A stretch of DNA of 64,000 bases, taken from assembly GCA_038255665.1 (NCBI GenBank), contig JBBSLA010000002.1, positions 9,773-73,772 on the forward strand, written 5' to 3'. Of this stretch, positions 29,091 to 38,403 are shown piece after piece. Origin of the DNA: Lysobacterales bacterium (lineage in GTDB: Bacteria; Pseudomonadota; Gammaproteobacteria; Xanthomonadales; Rhodanobacteraceae). Under the pieces are notes generated by a model. The model saw nothing but the letters and a program-made list of their open reading frames with translations. It was not told the DNA's origin and made no database searches. Position 1 is the first letter of the stretch. Each line of letters opens with the position of its first letter. A program made the translations under genes and the position numbers.

Positions 29091-30491
29091 TTAGAGCATC
29101 TCCGATGCGAAGTCGGCCAGTCGCGAACGCTCGCCACGGCGCAGGGTGACATGCGCGCTGTGCTGCCAATCCTTGAAACGATCGACGACATAGGTCAGTC
29201 CTGAAGTCGTCTCGGTCAGGTAAGGCGTATCGATCTGCTCGACATTGCCAAGGCAGACGATCTTGCAGCCCGGACCGGCGCGGGTCACCAGCGTCTTCAT
29301 CTGCTTGGACGTCATGTTCTGCGCTTCGTCGATGATCACGTAACGTTGCAGGAAGGTGCGGCCGCGCATGAAATTCATCGAGCGAATCTTGATCCGCGAT
29401 GCCAGCAAATCATTGGTCGCCGCCCGACCCCAGGCACCACCTTCCTGTGGGCTGGTCAGCACTTCTAGATTGTCCGTAAGCGCGCCCATCCACGGCGTCA
29501 TTTTTTCTTCCTCGGTACCGGGCAGGAAGCCGATGTCCTCGCCAACCGAAACGGTGGCGCGGGTCATGATGATCTCGCGATAGCGTTGCTGATCCATCGT
29601 TTGCGCGAGCCCCGCTGCCAGCGCCAGCAAGGTCTTACCGGTGCCGGCAGTACCCAGCAGGGTGACAAAATCGACATCGGGATCCATCAGCACGTTGAGC
29701 GCGAAGTTCTGCTCGCGATTTCGCGCGTGCACGCCCCAGACCGAGTGCGCGCCATTGACGTGGTCGTCGAGGATCTGAAGTTTCGCGCGCCCGTTGGCGA
29801 TCTCGATGACGCGCAACTCGACGTCGTCGTCGCCGGGCAGGTACAGGCATTGGTGCGGATGCCAGGTTTCGTTCTTGCGGCATTTCACTTCGTAGAAGGT
29901 GCGGCCACGTTCGGTCCATGATCGCAACTCCGGGTGCAACTCCCAGAAGTTCTCGGGCAATTCGCCCAGGCCTGTGTAGAGCAGGCTGAAATCGTCGAGC
30001 GCGCGGTCGTTCTCGTAGTCCTCGGCGGGGACACCGGCGATCGATGCCTTGATGCGCAGGTTGATGTCCTTGGTGACCAGTACAACCGCTTCTTTGGGCC
30101 GCTGCTGGCGCAACATCAGTACGGCGTTGAGGATCAGGTTGTCTGGCAGGCCACCACTGCTTTTGGTTTCCGCGACCGTCGCTATCGTCTCGGTCTGGAA
30201 ATACAGGCGGCCGATGCGCTTGCCGCGATCCAACCGCAGGCCTTCGGGCTGGATCAGGTCGAGTCCGTCGGCGATGCTGCCTTTTTTGTTGGCGACGACG
30301 AGTTCGTTGAGGAATCGGCTGACCTGGCGCGCATTGCGCGAGACCTCCGACATGCCCTTCTTCGCGTTATCCAGCTCCTCAAGCACCGTCATCGGGATGA
30401 ACACGTCGTGCTCTTCGAAGCGGAACAGCGAGGTCGGATCGTGCATCAGCACGTTGGTGTCGAGCACGTAAATACGCTTGCCTCGGGTCAT
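29091..30491 (-). CDS. PIN-domain/PhoH-like ATPase fusion (PhoH2/YlaK type)
   Basis: N-terminal PIN domain (YVLDTNVLMHDP...TVLEELD) plus a PhoH P-loop (LLGTAGTGKTLLALAA). Confidence 0.85.
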   Translation of the reverse strand: MTRGKRIYVLDTNVLMHDPTSLFRFEEHDVFIPMTVLEELDNAKKGMSEVSRNARQVSRFLNELVVANKKGSIADGLDLIQPEGLRLDRGKRIGRLYFQTETIATVAETKSSGGLPDNLILNAVLMLRQQRPKEAVVLVTKDINLRIKASIAGVPAEDYENDRALDDFSLLYTGLGELPENFWELHPELRSWTERGRTFYEVKCRKNETWHPHQCLYLPGDDDVELRVIEIANGRAKLQILDDHVNGAHSVWGVHARNREQNFALNVLMDPDVDFVTLLGTAGTGKTLLALAAGLAQTMDQQRYREIIMTRATVSVGEDIGFLPGTEEEKMTPWMGALTDNLEVLTSPQEGGAWGRAATNDLLASRIKIRSMNFMRGRTFLQRYVIIDEAQNMTSKQMKTLVTRAGPGCKIVCLGNVEQIDTPYLTETTSGLTYVVDRFKDWQHSAHVTLRRGERSRLADFASEML

Positions 30492-30570
30492 GCGCGGGCC
30501 TTGTGGTACGAAGGGGATTGAAACGGTTGCGGTATTGAACCGACGGGATGGATCGCCAAGCGAATTCGCC

Positions 30571-31032
30571 TCACGATTCGGCAAGCCTGGCAAGAACCGC
30601 TTCGGCGTGGCCGGGCACCTTGAGCTTGCGCCAGCTTTCCACCAGCACGCCTTTCGGGTCGATCAGGAACGTACTGCGAACGACACCGATGAAGCGGCGG
30701 CCGTACAGCTGCTTTTCGGCAAGAACGTCGTAGGCCTTGCACCAGGTTTCATCGACATCGGCGATCAGGTCGAATGGCAGCGATTGCTTTTCGATGAAGC
30801 GGGCGTGCGATGCCGCCGAATCGCGCGAGACGCCGACGATGCGCGCACCTGACGCAGCGAACCGATCGTGAAGGTCGCGAAAGTCCTGCGCCTCACGCGT
30901 GCAACCGCTGGTCGCGTCTTTGGGATAAAAATAAACCACCAACCAGCTGCCGCGCACGTCGGCCGCCTTGAGCAGCGAGCCGTCCTGCAAGGTCGCATCG
31001 AGATTGGGAACGCGTTTGCCTGTTTCGAGCAT
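30571..31032 (-). CDS. bcp: Thiol peroxidase Bcp (peroxiredoxin)
   Basis: WLVVYFYPKDATSGCTREAQDF. Confidence 0.9.
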   Translation of the reverse strand: MLETGKRVPNLDATLQDGSLLKAADVRGSWLVVYFYPKDATSGCTREAQDFRDLHDRFAASGARIVGVSRDSAASHARFIEKQSLPFDLIADVDETWCKAYDVLAEKQLYGRRFIGVVRSTFLIDPKGVLVESWRKLKVPGHAEAVLARLAES

Positions 31033-31033
31033 T

Positions 31034-31594
31034 TCAGAACTTCATCGGATCCATGATTGCATCAAGATTCTGGCCGTCGCAGAACTCCAGGAAATCGTCG
31101 CGCAATGCGGCGATGTGCATCGTATTCGGAATGCCGATCGTGATCTGTGCGGAAAACATGTCGGCACCGGTCTGCATCGCCCGGTAGCGTGTCGACAGCA
31201 GGTGTTCGATGCTGATCTCGTGGCGCGAGAAGAACTCGGACAATTGCAGCAGCACGCCAGGCTTGTCTGCGGCGATGACTTCGACCAAGTAGGGCAGCAA
31301 GGTTACCTGCGGTTGGCGTGCGCCGGTGCGAAAGAAGCTGAGCCGCATCTCACCGTCGCGCTCCATGCGTGTCAATGCCGTTTCCAGTTTCGCTATCGCA
31401 TCCCAGGCACCTTGGGCCAGGGCCTGCACGCAGAGTTCGCGACCGAGCGTCGAAACGCGCGCTTCCGAAAGATTGCAGCCGCAATCCGCGACGCGTTTGC
31501 AAAGGCTGAGCAGCGGCGAATGCGCCGGGTCGCCGAACACACTGATCAACAGGTGGTTGTCGGTGGTGGGTGGGCGCTGCACGCTTTCGTTCAA
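31034..31594 (-). CDS. gcvR: Glycine cleavage system transcriptional repressor-like (tandem ACT)
   Basis: Two ACT-like halves and a position next to bcp and dapA, as in enterobacteria. Confidence 0.7.
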   Translation of the reverse strand: MNESVQRPPTTDNHLLISVFGDPAHSPLLSLCKRVADCGCNLSEARVSTLGRELCVQALAQGAWDAIAKLETALTRMERDGEMRLSFFRTGARQPQVTLLPYLVEVIAADKPGVLLQLSEFFSRHEISIEHLLSTRYRAMQTGADMFSAQITIGIPNTMHIAALRDDFLEFCDGQNLDAIMDPMKF

Positions 31595-31847
31595 GGCTTC
31601 CTTCCTGCTGGCGAGTCGGACACGGCGATGGCATTCCGAACTGGCGACGGTCGGCGCAAGATAGGACTGTCCTGAGGATAGCTGAGAATACTGAGCACTC
31701 GTCGGCGTCGCAAGGGACGATCTGATCCCCGCGCCGCCGGTCCACGAAGTCGCCGTCCGGTTGGACTTGGCGGTCGGCGCGCAAGTACCATCGGCACCGC
31801 TTCCAGCCTGATCGGAACGCCCGATCCTATCCGATGGACGTTACAGG

Positions 31848-32771
31848 ATGAATCCCAACACGCTCGCCGGCAGCTACTGTGCGCTGGCGACCCCGTTCAA
31901 CGACGACGACGAAGCGGCAATCAACTTCGATGCGTTCGCGCGCTTGGTCGAATTCCAGATCGAAGGCGGGACGCTTGGCCTGATCGCCGCCGGATCAACC
32001 GGTGAGGCGGCGGCGCTGGACGATGAAGAGTTCAGTGCGCTGCTGCGTTTTTGCGTCGACACCGCTTCGAAGCGCTGCGTGGTAGGCGCCGGCACCGGCC
32101 AGTCATCGACCAAACGCACGATCGCGATGACTCGTCGGGCTGCAGACGAAGGCGTAGATTTCGCGCTGGTGGTGACTCCACCGTATGTTCGCGCGACCCA
32201 GGAAGGACTGGTACGCCACTACCGCGACGTGGCTGAACAGGCCGGGTTGCCGATCATGCTCTACAACGTGCCGGGCCGGACAGGCAGCGACCTGCTGCCG
32301 GAAACGGTCGCGCGCCTCGCGGACCACGAACGCATCATCGGAATCAAGGAAGCGGTTCCGGAACAGGCGCGAATGCGCGACCTGCTGGCCTTGCAGACAC
32401 CGGATTTCGCCGTCTTTTCCGGCGACGACCCGACCTTTGCCGAAGCGGTGTCGCTCGGCGCGCGCGGCGTGATTTCGGTCAGCGCCAACGTCGCCCCCGA
32501 GGCAATCCGGCGCTTGTACGAAGCAGCGGCAAACCAGAGTTCGGAAATGCAATCACTGGATGCACAGCTGCAACCACTGCACCGGGCGATGGGTTTGCAA
32601 TCCAATCCAATTCCGGTCAAATGGGCGCTGTCGCACTTGGGCATCGGCAGCCCGCGCCTGCGCCTTCCCCTGCTTCCACTCGCGAAGCCGTATCATGGCG
32701 AGATCGAAAGCGTCCTCGCATCCCTGCCGACGCCCGCCCACCCCACACGCGAAATTCAGGTAGAGAGATAG
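31848..32771 (+). CDS. dapA: 4-hydroxy-tetrahydrodipicolinate synthase
   Basis: ALATPF...GSTGEAAAL...YNVPGRTG...IIGIKEA. Confidence 0.95.
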   Translation: MNPNTLAGSYCALATPFNDDDEAAINFDAFARLVEFQIEGGTLGLIAAGSTGEAAALDDEEFSALLRFCVDTASKRCVVGAGTGQSSTKRTIAMTRRAADEGVDFALVVTPPYVRATQEGLVRHYRDVAEQAGLPIMLYNVPGRTGSDLLPETVARLADHERIIGIKEAVPEQARMRDLLALQTPDFAVFSGDDPTFAEAVSLGARGVISVSANVAPEAIRRLYEAAANQSSEMQSLDAQLQPLHRAMGLQSNPIPVKWALSHLGIGSPRLRLPLLPLAKPYHGEIESVLASLPTPAHPTREIQVER

Positions 32772-32774
32772 CCC

Positions 32775-33431
32775 ATGCAGATTCGCCGTCCCTTTTCGTT
32801 TCCCGGCATGAACGCCCTCGCCCTGCTGGCCGTCGCCAGCCTCCTGTTGGGCGGCTGCAGTTGGTTCAGTCGCAACAAGGACCGCACCGAGTACCAGGGT
32901 GCCGCCCAGACACGTCCCCTGGAGGTTCCGCCAGATCTCGACTCCCCGGCAGGTGCCAGCGCCCTGAACATTCCCAATGCATCCGGCCCCACGTCCGGCG
33001 TTCGCGAGGGCGATACGCTCGTGCTCGGCCGCCCGGCTGACGCGAACGCGGCACCACCCACCGCGATGGGTTCGGCGACGGTCGCCACCACGTCAAACAG
33101 CCTGAGTGTTTCAGACACCGCTGCCAGCACCTGGCGTCGGGTCGGTCTGGCGCTGGAACGCATTGATGGCACCACAGTTCAGTCGCGCGACGAAGCGGCG
33201 ATGAGCTACGACATCCGGACGACCGGGCAGACGGTGCAAAAGGCCGGCTGGTTCAAGCGCGCCATCACGTTCGGAAAAGCCACCAAAACCGTGAACAATC
33301 CGGTTTCGGTGCGACTACGTGTCAGCGCCGACGGCGACAACAGCACGATCCAGATTGAAGGCGGCGACAGCGCAGCCGATGCGGCGGCCGTCCGCAACCT
33401 GATTGCAGCCTTGCGTTCGCGACTGAGCTGA
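32775..33431 (+). CDS. Lipoprotein, BamC(NlpB)-like by position and N-terminus
   Basis: Lipobox LLLGGC and PLEVPPDL immediately after dapA. It is shorter than E. coli BamC. Confidence 0.55.
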   Translation: MQIRRPFSFPGMNALALLAVASLLLGGCSWFSRNKDRTEYQGAAQTRPLEVPPDLDSPAGASALNIPNASGPTSGVREGDTLVLGRPADANAAPPTAMGSATVATTSNSLSVSDTAASTWRRVGLALERIDGTTVQSRDEAAMSYDIRTTGQTVQKAGWFKRAITFGKATKTVNNPVSVRLRVSADGDNSTIQIEGGDSAADAAAVRNLIAALRSRLS

Positions 33432-33464
33432 TCGCAGGTTCGTTCCAGCGCAGGGGTCACCAAC

Positions 33465-33494
33465 AAAAAGCCCGCGTCATCAGCGCGGGCTTTC
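33465..33494. terminator. Bidirectional Rho-independent terminator
   Basis: aaaaa-gcccgcg-tcatcag-cgcgggc-ttt, between convergent genes. Confidence 0.6.
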
Positions 33495-33524
33495 TCACGA
33501 ATGGCGGTTGACTGACGACGTTCG

Positions 33525-33848
33525 TCAGCGCTCCAGCTTATCGAGCTTGTTCGGCTTGCCTTCCCATTCCTTGGCGTCGGGCGGTGCTGGCTTCATCTCG
33601 GTAATCACCGGCCAGTCCTTCGCCAACTCGGCGTTGAGTGCGATGAAATGCTCCTGCCCGGCCGGCACGTCGTCCTCGGGGTAGATCGCGTTTATCGGGC
33701 ACTCGGGCTCGCACAAAGTGCAGTCGATGCACTCTTCCGGGTCGATGACCAGGAAATTGGGACCTTCGTGGAAGCAGTCGACCGGGCAGACTTCAACGCA
33801 GTCGGTGTACTTGCACTTGATGCAGTTCTCGGTGACAACGAAGGGCAT
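33525..33848 (-). CDS. fdxA: 7Fe ferredoxin
   Basis: [49 protein letters not shown]. Confidence 0.9.
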   Translation of the reverse strand: MPFVVTENCIKCKYTDCVEVCPVDCFHEGPNFLVIDPEECIDCTLCEPECPINAIYPEDDVPAGQEHFIALNAELAKDWPVITEMKPAPPDAKEWEGKPNKLDKLER

Positions 33849-33917
33849 GGCGTTCAGGGCGCCGGGGCGCTCGCAGTGGTCGGAAAAGGCCGGCTGGGAT
33901 CTCGAATAGGAACGAAA

Positions 33918-33993
33918 TGGCGCTCCCTACGAGATTCGAACTCGTGTCGCCGCCTTGAGAGGGCAGTGTCCTGGGCCACTAGACGAAGGGAGC
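33918..33993 (-). tRNA. tRNA-Glu (anticodon CTC)
   Basis: The reverse complement folds as a cloverleaf: GCTCCCT acceptor, anticodon loop CTCTCAA, T-arm ACGAG-TTCGAAT-CTCGT, 3' CCA encoded. It closely parallels E. coli tRNA-Glu. Confidence 0.9.
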
Positions 33994-34062
33994 GCAGTCG
34001 CTTGGGATCAGCGCGGCCACGTAGTATAACGGAATGCTTACTTCGGACAATCTGCGATCGCC

Positions 34063-35493
34063 TTGCAATTCCTCAAATTATTCAGCCGGAAAGTGACGCC
34101 TGACGCTGGCCCGTCCACCCAGCAAAGTTCCGCACCGGCGCGATCATCGCGACCCAAGGCGCGCTTGCAGCCCAACCTGATCGCGCGACCTGACCACTGC
34201 ATTTCTCGTCGTGATATTTCCAACGCCGCGTTGCGCGTGCTGTATCGGTTGAATGAATCGGGCTACGCGGCTTTCCTGGTTGGCGGCGCCGTGCGCGACC
34301 TGTTGCTCGGCGGTCACCCGAAAGACTTCGACATCGCCACCAACGCAACCCCGGAACAGATTCGCGGCCTGTTTCGCAATTGCCGCCTGATCGGTCGGCG
34401 CTTTCGCCTGGCCCATGTCGTATTCGGCAACGAGATCGTCGAAGTGGCCACGTTCCGCGGCAGCGAAGACAACGGCAAGGGCGATCGCCACGTCGTCGAT
34501 GGCCGGATCGTGCGCGACAACGTTTACGGCAGCATCGAGGAAGACACCATACGCCGCGATTTCACCGTCAACGCGCTGTATTACGACATCAGCGATTTCA
34601 GCGTGCGCGACGATATCGGCGGCCTTGCCGACCTGGAAGCGCGCCAGATGCGCCTGATCGGCGACCCGGAACTGCGCTATCGCGAAGACCCGGTGCGCAT
34701 GCTGCGTGCGGCGCGCCTGGCGGCCAAGCTGGATTTCGACATCGCGCCGGAAGCGTCGGCACCGTTTGCCACGCTGGGCGAGCTGCTGGCCGAGGCGTCG
34801 CCGGCGCGACTATTCGACGAGACCCTGAAACTGTTTCTTGGTGGCCATGGACTGGCCAGCTTTCGAACCCTGGAACGCTACGGGTTGCTGTCAGCGATTT
34901 TCCCGGCGACCAGCCGCTCGCTCAACGGAACCCACGGCGAGGCGTTTCGCACGCTGATCGAAAAAACGTTGGCGAATACCGACACCCGTGTTCGTGCTGG
35001 CAAGTCGGTGACACCCGCATTCCTGTTCGCTGCGATCCTGTGGGAACCGCTGCGCGAGCGTCACGCCAAACTGCTCGCCGACGGCAAGGAGGAAGCGGTT
35101 GCCTGGTCGATGGCTGTCGATCGGACCATTGGCGAGCAGTTGCAACGCCTTGCCGTGCCGCGCCGGTTTACCTTCACGGTCGAGGAAATCTGGTCGATGC
35201 AGTCGCGCTTCGAGCAAACCCAGCGCAAGCGCGTGGTTCGACTGCTTGCGCATCCGCGTTTCCGTGCCGCCTACGATTTCCTGGTGCTGAGATCCTTGGC
35301 CGATGAAGATCTGGTCGAATCCGCCGAGTGGTGGACCGACGCGCAGCAACTGGACCCGTCCGATCTGAATTCCCACCTTGGTGCACCACCTTCAACGCGT
35401 CACGACGCAGGTACGTCGGACGAAGACGGTGCCCCGAAGAAGCGCCGCCGTCGGCGCCGGCGCAAACCTGCAGCGGCCTCCAGTGAAACATGA
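34063..35493 (+). CDS. pcnB: Poly(A) polymerase I
   Basis: ISRRDISNAALRVLYRLNESGYAAFLVGGAVRDLLLGGHPKDFDIATNATPEQIRGLFRNCRLIGRRFRLAHV. The track start is TTG; pcnB is known for non-ATG starts. Confidence 0.9.
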   Translation: MQFLKLFSRKVTPDAGPSTQQSSAPARSSRPKARLQPNLIARPDHCISRRDISNAALRVLYRLNESGYAAFLVGGAVRDLLLGGHPKDFDIATNATPEQIRGLFRNCRLIGRRFRLAHVVFGNEIVEVATFRGSEDNGKGDRHVVDGRIVRDNVYGSIEEDTIRRDFTVNALYYDISDFSVRDDIGGLADLEARQMRLIGDPELRYREDPVRMLRAARLAAKLDFDIAPEASAPFATLGELLAEASPARLFDETLKLFLGGHGLASFRTLERYGLLSAIFPATSRSLNGTHGEAFRTLIEKTLANTDTRVRAGKSVTPAFLFAAILWEPLRERHAKLLADGKEEAVAWSMAVDRTIGEQLQRLAVPRRFTFTVEEIWSMQSRFEQTQRKRVVRLLAHPRFRAAYDFLVLRSLADEDLVESAEWWTDAQQLDPSDLNSHLGAPPSTRHDAGTSDEDGAPKKRRRRRRRKPAAASSET

Positions 35494-35975
35494 CGCTGGC
35501 GTACGTTGGACTCGGCAGCAACCTCGACGATCCGCAACAGCAGGTCAGTTCCGCCCTCGCCGCTCTCGACGAACTGCCATCAACCCGGCTGTCGCGGCGG
35601 TCCAGCCTGTATCGCTCCGCGCCGTGGGGACTGGTCGACCAGCCCGACTTCATCAATGCGGTGGCAGAACTGGAGACCGAACTGGATGCCGCCGGCCTGC
35701 TCGCGCAATTGCTGGAACTGGAAGTTCGCCTGGGTCGCCGCCGCGATGGTCCGCGCTGGGGCCCGCGCCGGATCGACCTGGACTTGCTGGTGCATGGCGA
35801 CGAGGCGACCAACTCTGCCGGATTGCAGCTGCCGCATCCACGCATCGGCGAACGCGCGTTCGTGTTGATGCCGCTTGCCGAACTTGCGCCAAACCTTGAG
35901 CTTGTGGGGATCGGCGTCATCACTGAACGACTGCGCCACATCGATATCAGCCAGTGCACTCGCATGGAACAATGA
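35490..35975 (+). CDS. folK: HPPK (2-amino-4-hydroxy-6-hydroxymethyldihydropteridine diphosphokinase)
   Basis: AYVGLGSNL...LYRSAPWG...RWGPRRIDLDLL. ATGA overlap with pcnB. Confidence 0.9.
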   Translation: MTLAYVGLGSNLDDPQQQVSSALAALDELPSTRLSRRSSLYRSAPWGLVDQPDFINAVAELETELDAAGLLAQLLELEVRLGRRRDGPRWGPRRIDLDLLVHGDEATNSAGLQLPHPRIGERAFVLMPLAELAPNLELVGIGVITERLRHIDISQCTRMEQ

Positions 35976-36002
35976 TGTGCGAAAGTAACCGTTAGCCCGC
36001 CC

Positions 36003-36827
36003 ATGACTCAATCCGAATCGTCCAAACCCTCACGACCGCCGGTTACCGTCACGCGACTGCTGAAGATGAAGCAGAGCGCCGAGAGAATCGTGGCGCTGAC
36101 CGCCTACGACGCCAGCTTCGCCGCCTTGGTCGATGGCGCAGACGTCGATGTGGTGCTGGTCGGCGATTCGCTCGGCATGGTGGTGCAAGGCCACGCGAGC
36201 ACGCTGCCGGTCAGCGTCGACGACATCGTCTATCACTGCGCCGCGGTGGCACGTGGATTGCGCAGTGCCTTGCTGATCGCGGACCTTCCCTTCATGAGCT
36301 ATCGCGACGCGGCGACTGCAATGGAAAGTTCGGCGCGACTGATGGCCGCCGGTGGAGCCAGCATGGTGAAACTGGAGGGCGCGGGATGGACGCTCGATGT
36401 GATCCGCGCGCTCGCCGAACGTGACATTCCGGTCTGCGCGCACTTGGGCCTGACCCCACAGTCGGTGCACAAGCTGGGTGGCTATCGCGTCCAGGGTCGC
36501 GACTCCGCACGGGCGGACCAACTTCGCCAGGATGCTCTCGACGTGCAGCGTGCCGGCGCCGACCTGCTGGTGCTGGAGTGCGTTCCCGCCGCGCTCGCGG
36601 CGGAAATCAGCCGCGATCTGGCGATTCCGACCATCGGCATTGGTGCCGGCGCAGGTTGCGATGGCCAGATATTGGTGATCTACGACGCACTCGGCATAAC
36701 GCCGGGCAAGCGTCCGCGCTTCAGCAAGGATTTTCTCGCTGGCAGCGGCTCCATCGATGCCGCGCTTCGCAGCTACGTCGAAGCGGTACGCAGCGGAGCG
36801 TTCCCTGCCGCCGAGCACAGCTACTGA
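36003..36827 (+). CDS. panB: 3-methyl-2-oxobutanoate hydroxymethyltransferase
   Basis: LTAYDASFA...VGDSLGMVVQGH...VKLEGA. Confidence 0.95.
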   Translation: MTQSESSKPSRPPVTVTRLLKMKQSAERIVALTAYDASFAALVDGADVDVVLVGDSLGMVVQGHASTLPVSVDDIVYHCAAVARGLRSALLIADLPFMSYRDAATAMESSARLMAAGGASMVKLEGAGWTLDVIRALAERDIPVCAHLGLTPQSVHKLGGYRVQGRDSARADQLRQDALDVQRAGADLLVLECVPAALAAEISRDLAIPTIGIGAGAGCDGQILVIYDALGITPGKRPRFSKDFLAGSGSIDAALRSYVEAVRSGAFPAAEHSY

Positions 36828-36828
36828 A

Positions 36829-37704
36829 ATGCAACGAGTCAGTACGGTGGTCGAGTTGCGCGAACGCGTGGCCGGGTTGCGTGGCAGCGGCGCTCGGGTC
36901 GGCTTCGTCCCGACCATGGGGAACCTGCACGCCGGCCATTACTCGCTGATCGAAGTAGCGCGCCGTCACGCCGACGTCGTGGTCGCCAGCGTGTTCGTCA
37001 ATCCGACGCAGTTCGGCCCCAACGAAGATTTTGCACGCTACCCGCGGACGCTCGAATCGGATGCAGGCGGACTTGCAGCAGCCGGCTGCGACCTGATGTT
37101 CGTGCCAGACAGCTCAACAATCTACCCGTACGGACCGCAACATGGTGTCCGCGTGCAGGTACCGGTCGTCGGCGAAATGCTGGACGGAGCCATCCGGCCG
37201 GGCCACTTCGATGGCGTCGCCAGCGTGGTCGCGCGCTTGTTCAACCTGGTCGAGCCGGATGTCGCCGTATTCGGTCGCAAGGATTACCAGCAGCTGTTGG
37301 TGATCCGGCGCATGGTGGCCGACCTTGCGTTCCCGATACGCATCGTCGGCGCCCCAATTGTTCGCGAAGCCAATGGACTCGCAATGAGTTCGCGCAACCA
37401 GTACCTGACCTACGCCGAGCGCGATCAGGCCGCGGCGATTTTCGACGCCTTGAGCTGGATGAAGGATCGCCGCGATGCTGGAGGCGCTGTGAACGACATC
37501 GAATCCGACGCCGTGTTGCGTTTACGCAACAAAGGATTCGATTTGGACTACGCCACGATTCGCAACGCGACAGACCTCACCGAACTGCCGACAGGCCATA
37601 CAGGGCAACACATTGCGGCCGTTGCATTGATCGCGGCAAGGCTCGGCGATACGCGCCTGATCGACAACCTGGAGCTGTCGACCAGCGACGAAATTGGCGT
37701 ATGA
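36829..37704 (+). CDS. panC: Pantoate--beta-alanine ligase
   Basis: GFVPTMGNLHAGHYSLI...FGRKDYQQL. Confidence 0.95.
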   Translation: MQRVSTVVELRERVAGLRGSGARVGFVPTMGNLHAGHYSLIEVARRHADVVVASVFVNPTQFGPNEDFARYPRTLESDAGGLAAAGCDLMFVPDSSTIYPYGPQHGVRVQVPVVGEMLDGAIRPGHFDGVASVVARLFNLVEPDVAVFGRKDYQQLLVIRRMVADLAFPIRIVGAPIVREANGLAMSSRNQYLTYAERDQAAAIFDALSWMKDRRDAGGAVNDIESDAVLRLRNKGFDLDYATIRNATDLTELPTGHTGQHIAAVALIAARLGDTRLIDNLELSTSDEIGV

Positions 37705-37734
37705 GCAACAGTTGTGGTTTTTTCGCGAAAAGTG

Positions 37735-37764
37735 TTGCTTTTTCCGACATGCGTCTCGTATACT
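37735..37764 (+). promoter_or_regulatory. Sigma70-like promoter inside the panC-panD spacer
   Basis: TTGCTT (37735-37740), 18 nt, TATACT (37759-37764). Confidence 0.4.
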
Positions 37765-37770
37765 AGCGAC

Positions 37771-37874
37771 GCTGTCGGGTTCCCTTCCGGGGAAAACGGC
37801 GTAAGCAGGGCGCATTCAGGTAGTCATAACTAATCCACCCCTCGCGCGTTAAACCCGCTGCGAGGGTTTTTTTT
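37771..37874 (+). ncRNA. Candidate ~100-nt sRNA or terminated leader (unclassified)
   Basis: The predicted TSS lies a few nt after the -10 box. A short GC hairpin lies near 37781-37793. The terminator is CCCTCGC (37839-45) / GCGAGGG (37860-66) plus T8 (37867-74). No ORF is present. Confidence 0.35.
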
Positions 37875-38004
37875 GCGCCAACGCCTTGAAAACGACCGCG
37901 CGGTAGGCACCTTTGCCTGGTGGATAGCCTGAGCACGGCATTGCCACTACGATGTTTGCCGACTGTTGCCAATTCGCAACAGCGCGACCACAAGCGAGGA
38001 TTCG

Positions 38005-38385
38005 ATGCACCTGACGCTGCTGAAGGCGAAAATCCACCGAGCGACCGTCACCCAGGCCGAGCTGCACTACGAAGGGTCCTGCGCAGTCGACGGACGCCTG
38101 CTCGATATCTCCGGAATCCGCGAATACGAGCAGATTCATGTCTACAACATCAACAGCGGCGCGCGCTTCTCGACCTACGCGATCCGGGCCGAAGAAAACT
38201 CCGGCACCATCTCGATCAACGGCGCAGCCGCGCATCGGGCGCAGCCGGGCGACCTGATCATCATCTGCTCGTACGCCGGCATGTCGGAGGCAGAAGCCGC
38301 GGCGTTCAAGCCGAACCTGGTCTATGTGGACCGTCACAATCGGCTCACCCACACCAATACGTCGATCCCGCAGCAGGCCGCCTGA
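38005..38385 (+). CDS. panD: Aspartate 1-decarboxylase
   Basis: [29 protein letters not shown], including the self-cleavage G-S site. Confidence 0.95.
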   Translation: MHLTLLKAKIHRATVTQAELHYEGSCAVDGRLLDISGIREYEQIHVYNINSGARFSTYAIRAEENSGTISINGAAAHRAQPGDLIIICSYAGMSEAEAAAFKPNLVYVDRHNRLTHTNTSIPQQAA

Positions 38386-38403
38386 GCGCGGCGCCAGGAC
38401 CGG

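Noticed and set aside
31640-31770. A CTGAGA ... CTGATCC string in the gcvR/dapA divergent spacer that superficially recalls a THI-box or another riboswitch.
   Set aside because: The motif spacing and flanking helices do not fit the TPP fold. dapA is not a thiamine gene, and there are no lysine-riboswitch hallmarks. This is most likely chance.
33918-33993. tRNA genes (tRNA-Glu here, tRNA-Gly at 55034-55107) as anchors of integrated genomic islands.
   Set aside because: No integrase, no direct repeat of the tRNA 3' end and no phage or IS genes lie on either side. The neighbours are conserved housekeeping genes.
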